A model generated the notes under the pieces. That model searched no databases. It was not told the origin of the DNA and saw only the letters and a list, made by a program, of their open reading frames with translations. A DNA stretch of 64,000 bases from assembly GCA_051294905.1 (NCBI GenBank), contig CM119378.1, forward strand, positions 6,572,001-6,636,000, written 5' to 3'. This document shows, piece after piece, positions 27,501 to 38,500 of this stretch. The position numbers and the translations under genes were made by a program. The stretch's first letter is position 1. The number at the start of each line of letters is the position of its first letter. The stretch is from Botryllus schlosseri (Eukaryota).

Positions 27501-29565
27501 TTCCCGGTTGTAATCCTCCCGTAGTGTGCTTCGCGAATGTTTACGCTCGCCCGGATTGCAATCATGTTCAATACAGTCTATTGAATAGGAGATTTGAAGC
27601 TCGGACATCAAAGACGGATTATCCGACTGTGCTTTTTCGGGGCCCCGGCATTCCTCCGAGCGCGTGTTTACTTTAAAAGCGTTCGCGCAGATTCCAGGCC
27701 TTGCTGACTCAAGTATAACACCTCTCTCCTGGGCACATTTGATAGCGATTATAAAACTATCAACGTTTAATCATGCGCGAGCGCAAATCTGATTTAATCC
27801 GACGGGTACCCACTTTACTCGTCAGAAGTAGGATCGCTACTCGATCCTCTTGGAGCTAATCCAATAAGCCGAGGAAATAGGCGTTGAGGCCGGCGGATAA
27901 TGTTTTGCTTCTTTCTACCGACTGGTCCCGGCGTATTTACATGCGGATGTGTCAGCCGCGTGCGGACGTTGGGCTTGTAATTGAGAGTATTCTTCTCGCA
28001 TTTACGACCGGTCGGAGTTGTGGTTCGAATCAGACGATTGATGCAATAAACAGTCTTTCCCACGCCTTCAATACCGGGAACGGCGGCAGGCTCGGAGTGT
28101 CAGGCACACATCGGTTCTCGCATTTCAGTCTTAACAGTATGACATTGAATGATATCTTGTACAGCACTTGGACCCAGTAGGCCCCGTACCCAATTTATAT
28201 GACACTAGCTTACTGTCAACTTAACAACGAAATATTACTACTTTTGGGAAACACTCAAGTATATTTTACCTATTTTCACTATACCTACTCAAGTGGTTTT
28301 TTGACTACTTCCACTTCTACCTGAACAGTTTTTTAAGCAAAACTACTTACATAACACACGTTGAATTTTGAAAATAGTTGACATCACTTTTACTGTGTGA
28401 AATCGTCATAAAAACCTCGTGAAATATCCGCCACAGTAACTGCCGAATATAATGTCGAAGACTGTATCTGTTTATATTTATAGCATTATTAGTCCATTTG
28501 CGTCAGTCGCGAAGATGCATCTCGCCATGTATATATAGTAGCTACCACCGATTATCTGGCAGAGGTACATGCGAACCCTCCATCAAACATACTTTTCGAA
28601 CTACCTATACTGGAGTACTTTTCAGAAATTTCATTTTCTTTTTCCACTTAAAGCAGTGTTGTCAGTTGTCACACCTTGACAGACATCACAGATTTCGTGT
28701 TGTCGGGAGAGGCCGTTCACACTTTCTGTTGTGAGCCTTGTAGTCGACTTTTTATCAACCAAGTCTGTTTCTACAGAAGGAACTCGTGTACCATCTAACA
28801 ATAGTACATTGAACGCTCTCTTATTCGAGTTTTCATGCTGGCGACGCCCTATTTTGTGATACGATTGTTGATTTGGTTGCTGACGATTAGCCCTGACGAG
28901 CGCCAGTCAAAATAGTCGGGTTTATTTCTGTTTGAGTGGCAACGGGGCCGGTGGCAACGGACCCAACGGTGACAATACTTTGACCCGATGACCATCTCTG
29001 GCTATGACGTTTGTCGTGTGTGAGACTGTCGGTTATTGCGGTGACGTGTATTGCTTTATTCGATCTGTCGTCGACGCGAGACATCCTGATCCCGGACGCA
29101 GTGTCTCGATGTATCCAACCCAACATACAATGTTCTTTTGACACCGCGGCGTCGGTTCAACCGCCCTCGTTCCAGCATCGGACAACTAGATATTTCTATT
29201 TGTCTGATTAGAACAATTAAAGCGAAACGCCAGTTCAATTCCGCCTGGTTCAGCTGAAGGTCGCGAAGACTAATTTTGAATTCGTGGCACTTCGACCTAG
29301 ATCTACAATTTCAGCGTATAATTCGGCGGCACACATCCCGCGACCATTGTTGATATGCACATGTCTCTATTCCCGGTACTGTTACTGCTTCGCTGATCAT
29401 TTCTCTCCGAGCGAATGCATTCGCGCCTGGAAGTCTGACCCCGACATCTTTACGATCTTCATCCATCTTCCGCGGGTCAATCGCGCGTCACGTATTAAAA
29501 ACATTACGTCGTGTGATCGGTCAAAAGTGACATGTTTTGATGCATTCAACAGCAGGTTGTCCGTA

Positions 29566-29596
<31 letters not shown>

Positions 29597-32500
29597 GCTT
29601 CAATACATGTAAAACGTGTTTATTCAAGTTTGTAATTGGTCTGGTCTTGGTCTTTCATTTTAGCTCCAGATGGTGTCAGTGTTATTATACCATAATATCC
29701 TGCAACACTCTGAAATTCAAAAGGCTTTTACCACAATTTCATGTGTGACGCCCATGATTTATGTCGGAGTCGGAGGACAAGTTACTTTTTCGCTGTAGCG
29801 GTAATTCGGTAATCGCTATGATGTCATCATTCAGGGGTTTCCAGGTTTTGTAACGCAGTTCGTTTTGCGTTTTGACATATCCTGGACACTGGACAGTAGG
29901 GCTGTTCAAAAATAACTAGTTTTTCTGGATTCCAGCGATTCAGTCATTAAATTGTCAGGTTACCCTAAAAAACGCTGCACACCAAATTTGGTTCAATTCT
30001 AACAAGTCTAGGTCTCCGCAGATCCAGTTAAAATTTTTAATTTAAACAAGAAAATTAAAAAAAAAAAATTCAAATTTTTCTGTCAACCCCATGAAATTGT
30101 TGAGCTGTCTTCTGAGACAATGCAAAACAAATTTGACTCAATTCCAACTAGCAGAAGCGGAGTTATTGGAGTTTTTGGTTGATAATTGTTGGATTATCCT
30201 AGATTGATCCAAGACAGCTCAACAATTTCACGGGGTTGACAAAAAAATTTGAATTTTTTTTTTAATTTCCCGGTTTAAACTGCAAATTTTAATTGGATCT
30301 GCGGAGCCCTAGACTTGTTAGAATTGAACCAAATTTGGTGTGCAGCGTTTTTTAGGGTAACCTGACAATTTAATGACTGAATGGCTGGAATCCAAAAAAA
30401 AAGTTATCTTTGAACAGCCCTACTGGACAGTGGACATATTGATAATTGTCAAAATCATTTTGTCATCGTGCCTTCTTCAGGAGCCATTGCCAGGGCCTCC
30501 ACTGCCAAAGCAGTCTGCCCAGCCATGTATCTAAGACTAACACGGGCGCTGATTTTGGTGAACTTGATACAAAGAATGGGTTGCTGATAGTTCAGATTCC
30601 GCTTTGCGTTGGAATTTCGATCATTCGTCGCCTCGTTACGAAATCAAGCCTTTTTTTGGGGTTGATTTGTTATTATAGCGAGGATCGATCTTATCGCGTC
30701 GGATGATTGAAAGGAATTCAAGTTTTAAACGAAGATTCTCAGAATTTCAAAAACAAGGCTATCCTCGCAACAGATTGCTCTTTTTTGCCCACCTCCAACA
30801 ACCTGTCGAAATGAGCTTCGCTGAATTTTATTATTGAGTTTGGGTATGCATTAATAGCCGGACCATGACTAGGTGCACAAGCGTAGTCACAGTAATAACA
30901 TGCAGTGTCTCTTTAAGTACATGGCTTATCTTGTTACGGCGAAATAACCGGAGATTCTATACGCGAATATCCGGATTTGTCATCACATTATCGATATCCA
31001 GGTATCAAATTTCTGAATTCTACACCGCAAACCGGATCGCATTTGTTATCTGGGGCGTTCTGGACGACAAGGACAATGGATTCATAGTATCCCGATTGGT
31101 GAAGTAGTGAACATTATTATAATTGGCGAAACAATTATCTCTACACGCAGTGCAGTATCAGAAATATATCCCATTCCTGATTTGCTCGGAGATAGTCAGC
31201 TGATGCTGCGTAAATTGCTGCGGTATTTACGTCATAATCGCAATAATTCTCAAGTGACGACGCTCCTAAATAGCAGCCTCGGTAAAAGATATACCATCTA
31301 ATATTCTAGAAACGTAACGAGTGTCTGAATTACGCCTTCATTTTTATAATCCTGGTTTGCGGCTTCAATGCACGTAGAATGTAGATGTACATTTGAACCC
31401 AGATGTGCCTAAATTGCGACAGGAAGTAGGTCGGTATCGCAGTACCGGTACTCAAGTTATCGGGTTGAATAACACGGAATTTCATTTTCGACAACGGCCT
31501 CCTCAAAAACCTCTACCAATTCATGCGAATTACCTAAACCGTTAACCCATATCATTACCGCAGCGGATCTTGTTTCGGATTTATCGCAAACAGCTGTGAT
31601 GGGTTGTAAACTATTTTTAGTTCTAGGTTTGAAAACGCGTACATTGTCGACTGAATGTTAAGGCCTGAATAAACTCAAACCGCATAATTTGGACGAAATT
31701 CAAACGTAGACTTCATGATATAGTAGGGTTATTTTTTGGTGACATAATCAGTTCGGAGTAGCAAATCGGCATTGGGGTGATGAAAGGTTACGTCTCTTCG
31801 ATTCCAGGCTCCTGCATCATTAGCAGTTAACTGGGCCTGGCACAGAGTGGCCTATATTTTGCCACCAGTGAAATTTCGGCACCGACATTAGTACACAGTC
31901 GCCACCTGTAGAAGTGCCCGCCGTGTGGTAAATAAATAAATAATAAAATAAATAAATAAGTGGTTGCACTAAATAAATTATGCGTTAGAAATAATTTAGT
32001 TTGGAGACAGTAAGAAAACAGCCTGGCTGTTATGGGTTATTTTACCTTATGAGTTTCCCATCCCTCGAGAAAGCACTATCGATAATTCCCAGGCAGTTTT
32101 TGTGTAATATTGCAATTACCTTAACGCCCGGCCGATTCCAAACAACATTCGACCTCGGGTGCGATGTTTACGGTTAATTAAGTTTTATTTGCTGAGTGGG
32201 GTCGCGATCCCGACGGCCAAAGGTCACAGGCATTTTCGCCCCATCGCGGCGAGCAAATGGGGCGCCCTTCGAGGATCATAACCAATCAGATTAGCGATCA
32301 TGCGTGACGCGGTATGACAGTGACAATTTCGCGCATTTGGAGTTTTTTTTTCGAAAAGCTGTTTTAACTTGTCGCCTAAAAATCAGTCAGTGATTATTAT
32401 ATTTGCAGTACAGAGCAGGGGTTCTTAAAGTGGGCGCGGACTAGTTAATAGTTATGCGTGACATTATGGATATAATTGGAAAAACATTACACACAAACCT

Positions 32501-35500
32501 AACAACAAATTGAGTGGAGCACGTGGGGGCCCACGCTAAATAAAGTTTAGGAGCCCCTACTGTAGAACAATGTGCTATGTTTCTACATAACGTACTTTTC
32601 CGCGCACACTGGCCTGTGCAGTTTCTGTCAAATTCCTCACGCATGACAGTTCTTTAACGACGCAACGCTTCGATTTCAGACCAATACGCGATACTACCAT
32701 CTGGAAGCCTTCTAGTTAAGAACGCATCGGCGTCGGCTGCGAGCACATTCCGATGCCAGGCGCAAAATCGAATCACTTTACAAACAATAGAAGCGCCGTA
32801 TCCATCGACATTGCAAGTTGAAGGTAACTGTCGCTACCTGCCTTTTGAGTGTTGCGCCGAGATTGGAATTACGCTCAAATTGCGTCTGGTGTATGAAAAT
32901 CGAATCGCGCAACATCTGCATTTTATCAGATCGACTGGAAAAGGCGGGCATAATCTATCCGCACTCGAACGAAACAATAAACGTGACGGCTAGGGTGGGG
33001 GAGAGATTGCTAATGGCGTGCGTATCTGATGATCTATCCAAGACGGTTTGGACTCGCGATAACGGAGACGTCCCATTCTCGGCCGCAATAACACAAGGTC
33101 AGTAACCCGCTCGAGGAGAGGATTGTCTCTCACTTACTAAGTCAACAACCCGCCGCGTACCTAACATAATCGAAGCGGGAATCAATGCGTGTCAAATTGC
33201 AACCGTTTTCAATAGGGCGTTAATGGCGAGCCGGATTGTATCGCGTTAAATGGATTGGTATGATTGATTGTTGTATTCGTGGTGTTTTTCGACTGCAATG
33301 GTCATTTACACCAGGCCGATATTCCATATTCTAATTCCGTAGCTGCCGACTTGTAGCACGGCCCACTTCCAGACACCGGTTACGCGGATCAGATCGCGAG
33401 GAGGAGCCTGGATAAACCTAATGCTAGCTCTCACGACTTTGCTATCCTATATGTTTTACCATCGATAATGACGGTTGATGTGTTATGCTAAGGCATAATA
33501 AGGCGTGTAAATGCTGCACTTGACTTTACGACCCATTATTTGGTTACTAGAATAACAAATTTTCTCAATTTCCGGTAATGAGAATCGTGTGTTGTAAAAT
33601 GCTATACGTTCGCTGGTTCGCATAACCTAATCACCTCCCATCACGACTAGCATGTAACTTAACTAACGGATCTGCCCTTGTCTAGTTTAACGACCGGTAA
33701 TAGCGAGGGAAGCCTGTAAAACATTTTGGCCATAATAATTGGTTGCGGTGTTACGTCACCAAGGGGCTTCATTCAATGATGACTGCTTCCTTCGCGGAAT
33801 TTATGAGGCAGAGAAATTTAAAGCCCTTGGTTTGGTCACACGCCAGTTCTATAGTAGTTACTTTTCTGTCAATATGGGAACCACTGACCATCCTTACTAG
33901 TACAGAGACCAATATAACAATTTTCTTCACGATAATTTTCAGCTGGACTCAATTTGAACACCACTGAAGATGATAGTGGAGTCTACAAATGCAAAACGAG
34001 TGAAAATTCGGCACAAGTGCAATACAACTTGACAATATCAGGTAATGGGGATTTCAAATAGGGTTACTATTGCTCCACTAATTGAATAATCGCAAAGATA
34101 CTCTTGTAGGTGCAGAGGTTCAATATACAGTTGAATAGAATATAAATTTTAAAATGAATTCGGATATTTTCGGCTGACACTCGTCAGGGGTAATCGTCAG
34201 CAACTAGAAAGAAGAATAGCTGATTTACAATGTTCTTTCCAATTCTCTACTATCAGCTGACGATTACCCCTGTTCCAGCCGAAAATATTTATTTATTCCA
34301 ATATGAATGTACTATTTAATATTCGCTACGAATGCCATTCCGAGACGCACGATAATCTATGAAAATAACACGCGTGACATTATTTTGTACAGGTCCGGCT
34401 CAGTGTCGCCCGACCACGGAGACATTCTTCAACTTGAACGCGATTAACGGAAATTCCATCACAATGGGATGCTCCTCGACGCAAATAGGATCCACCTGGC
34501 GGTGGTATCACAATGGCGAGAGAATATCGGATGGGGAAGGTTTGTAACGAATGCAACCGCCAATGCGTCGATGTGGTGTTTAATAAAATGGGTTTTTATG
34601 AACTCTCGATGCAGGATCGACGCTTCTGATATCTTCCCCGAAACTTGGGTTTTATCAATGCTTCTCTATATCTGATGGTGAAGAGTGTTCCGTTGTCTTT
34701 ACGGTAGATAATAGAGGTACGTATCGTAATTGCTGCATTGCAGTTCCTGTGTTGCGCTGTGCACCGTTTCATCAAGTTTTATAAACTGCGGGTTTAATAT
34801 TGAAACGGTTTACCCCGTATGTCAACGTAGATATGCGGTGTATCCGGGGAAGTAAATGGAGTTTTTCAACCTTTGACTAATGTCATGTCACAACGAAGCT
34901 GTGGATGACTGAATACTAGCCATATAGAGGGGTCAACGTAGTCAGCGTGTGTACTCAAGTAGAAGTAGAAGTGACGTCATCAAGTCTACTAAAGTAGAAG
35001 TAGCGACTATAAAGACATGTCAAAACTACTTCAAGTGAAACTAGAAAAGTATTCAAGCAGTTGCGAAACGTAGATTTGATCGAGGGTCGAATACTCGCTT
35101 ACTTTCAGGAGATAATCGGAGGTTTCTGCTTCCGAAATTGCGCAGCGCATTTTGCGACTAACGCAAAATGACGATTGACCAATGACACCACAAATAGGCG
35201 TAATTTTCGCAAAATATATTCAGTTACCATGATACGGGAACTATTTCGCCCAGATGTTATGACAATTTCACACGTAAACGCGATGCGAACATACCACAAA
35301 GCTACTTTATGCGTTTACAAGATTTGAAGTACAAGAATTTTTGTCTTAAAACTGTTGAGTAGATGTGGAACGCGTTCAAAAATGAGCAAGTAGTTTTTAA
35401 ATAGGGAAAACCTACTTGAGTCATGCGAAAAAGTGGAAATTCCTCTATACTGACCAACCCTGTTTAATACCGACTCCACCCCATCATTGTCTAAACCGCA

Positions 35501-38500
35501 AATTAACATACCGACAGCATACCTTAACCAGAACGAGAAACGGTTAATCGCGCTGCATATCGCTGCATATAAAGCGAGCGACAATCCCACGTTTTTAACG
35601 CACGGAATGACCTCCCGCTTTTATTCACCAGCCGACGACACGACAGGCATCATACTCGATCAATCCGAGGATTATTTTGCGCTGAAAATGGACGCGGTAA
35701 GGATGAATTCGATTGCATACCAACACTGGGGTGGGTTTAACCCACCCTATTTCTTTTGGTTCTATACTATTACCGAGAAAACCATTACCGAGAATGGACA
35801 ATACCGAGAATGCCATTACCGAGAATAGACATAACCGAGAATGATCATTACCGAGAATGGACACCACCGAGAATGGACATTACCGAGAATGGACAATGTC
35901 AAGAATATAGCTTACTGGGACTGACGAAGTCGAGAAATTTATACCTGAGCATCGATACCGAATGTGGCAACGCCGTGGTGCACACACACACACCTGTTCA
36001 TAGTGTTCATGTGCATAACATGCCTGCATTGCATATATTGCATTCTCGGTAATGTCCATTCTCGGTGGTGTCGATTCTCGGTAATGTCCATTCTCGGTGG
36101 TGTCCATTCTCGGTAATGGCATTCTCGGTAATGGTTTTCTCGGTATTGTCCGGACACCATTTCTTTTTGTATACAGGACAATGTCCCGCCTCCGGTTGTA
36201 GAGAGAAGTGGCATTCCGTCTTCTTCTACATCGCACACCATCAAATGGACAGTGCCTGTCTCAGATGTGAAGTTAATCAGCATCAAGTACTACAAGGTAA
36301 CGTGATTTGGAAACGACTTTTCTATCTATAGTGGGTTAATAAGAGTTCTCTACCAGTTGCAAAAATTTTAGTCAGTTCATATCAAATAGTTCATTTTCAT
36401 AAGCAGGAGAATTACAAGTGTCTATACACCAAGCTTGGCACGTTTTGCACTATGCGGTTCTCCTGGAATATTTCTGGCAAACTAAAAATAGGGATAGAAT
36501 TAAAATGAGTGCATAGAGCCCTCTCACCAATTAAACTAGAATTAGATTACCGACATTCAGTTCTAAGTAGTGTAAATAACAGAACTAGAATCCTCTAGTC
36601 CCAGTCTGGTAGTAACCAAGCGTTACGTTCTCCGCGAGCAGGAGCCTTACGTCTCGGCGGAAGGCAAAGTGTTCCGTTACCCGGACAACGTGGTGAACGT
36701 CGTGCCGGAAATGGAAAGTTTGGCTATCAAGGGCTTGGAGCCTTCGTCGATGTATTCCGTGGAAATGGTGGCTGTCAGCGAGCAAAAAACTCGAAGCGAG
36801 ATGATCATATCGAGCTTCAGAACCGGCGGTAGGTATCCGTTTTGGACGTGATATGTCATACATATAGGCCTATACTCCGTGAGGTTGTTAAGTTTTCTAA
36901 AAGAACGATGCTTAACAAGTAATGCTCACTACCAACCGTTGGAAGCGACATTGTTGCAGTTGAAAGTTTTGGATTCGCAAACATAGCCTGGGCGGTGGGT
37001 AATCCCAGAATTATGAATAAAAAACTCCAAATAACTTCGCTTCTACAGGTTGGAATGGACAATTCTCACCGCTTTAGCGCCCCTAGTGGACGGTTGGCGG
37101 TCGTGATTTCGCCTCCATAACGCTATAGCATCGTGTGCCGTGCTATTCTCGTCGTTTTTCCTTTCTGGAGAAATGTTACTGCGAAAGTATGAGCTTTTAG
37201 TCGAGCTCGTCAAATTTGTTTTGCATCATTTTTATAGGCACTTCAACAACTTGATGAGCTTGACAGTCATGTTTGAAATATAATAAATTTTAAAAAAATA
37301 TTTCAATTGTTCATGCGTCGGCTTCTACTGGTTGGAACAGAGCCAAATTTGGTGTGCAGCGTTCTTTTAGGCGACATAACAATATAATTAGTGAATTCCC
37401 GAGATCCGGAAAAAAGTTTATTTTTGAACAACCCTACAATATTCCACATTTTATGTACGGCATCCCATGGCGGGACGCATTGATTTATCACGCATTGACG
37501 CACGCTGTTTCTCTCACAGATATCGAATCCACGCCTACGACCGTCACCGAAATCACGCCTCAAGTACCTGCAGAACGTAAGATTCGATTTACCACTGTAT
37601 TATACATCCAAAACGCCTTCCCATATCTCATATTGACTTTGCAGGTATTCGTGTGCCGCGACCACCGTCCAAGCCGCGCGTGAACGAGATCTCGGCCCGG
37701 CAAGTCTCTCTCATGTGGAGCGCTCGCGGTAACGGCGGCTCCCCGATTAAAGGTTACGAGGTAAAGTTCCGCGCCGAGATTCTCGCGCTTGGCGCGGCGA
37801 TTACGGACTTGTTTTTATCTCGGGCAGGTGCAATTCAAAGTGGACAAGGGAGAGTGGGAACCCCACGGGGAGACGAAAAACTATCCTTACGAAATCGCGG
37901 GCTTAGAAAGAGGTATGCTGTGTTAAGCTATGAATCAGAATTTTTTGATTTCGTGGCTATAGCGCCAAGAAGTATTGTCTTTAATTACCGCTCAATTAGG
38001 TAGTTCTAGTTGTCGAATTAGAACGAATTCTTGTCTAATTTGTGAAATGTTTCTATGCAGTTCATTTAAAATCTAATCTAATTTATATTTTCACTGAAAA
38101 TGCTACGGAAGAACTGTATGGTGCGATTCGAGTCGAGCTTGCTGTACACTTGTACAGACATTCGCTATTCTCAGAACTTGATTCGATGTCCAATTTTTTC
38201 CACACTCAGTAATTCTAATCTAATTTGGAAAAAATGTGTACCGGTAGCTATAATTCTAATTCTAGTCTGATTTGGAAAAACAATGTTTAGCTTTGATTAT
38301 AATTCTAATCTAATTTGAAAAAATGTGTCGCTATAATTCTAATTCTAATTCTAGTCTAATTTGGAAAAACAATATTTAGCTTTGATTCTAATTCTAATCT
38401 AATATGAAAAAATGCGTTGCTATAATTCTAATTCTAGTCTAATTTGGAAAAACATTGTTTGGCTATTATTCTAATTCTAATCTAATTTGGAAAAAATGTG

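Noticed and set aside
28022-28031. GGTTCGAATC tRNA B-box-like motif
   Set aside because: No A box or cloverleaf stems around it.
32416-32559. Small Charlie-like element (CAGGGGTTCTTAAAG ... TTTAGGAGCCCCTA)
   Set aside because: The TIRs are degenerate and the flanks (GTACAGAG / CTGTAGAA) are not a TSD; probably a MITE but not supportable as a defined feature.
35758-36158. Regular ~15-bp repeats (also 44323-44699) that look CRISPR-like and generate overlapping ORFs (MDITENG..., RECHYREW...)
   Set aside because: The repeats are contiguous with no unique spacers, lie in inverted arrays bounded by 9-bp TSDs, and sit in a spliced eukaryotic locus. The ORFs are repeat artefacts.
34717-36176. Possible fifth Ig domain (CDON-type architecture)
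   Set aside because: Only a 65-nt linker exon fits by phase, and I found no Ig Cys/Trp motifs, so I did not assign CDON over BOC.
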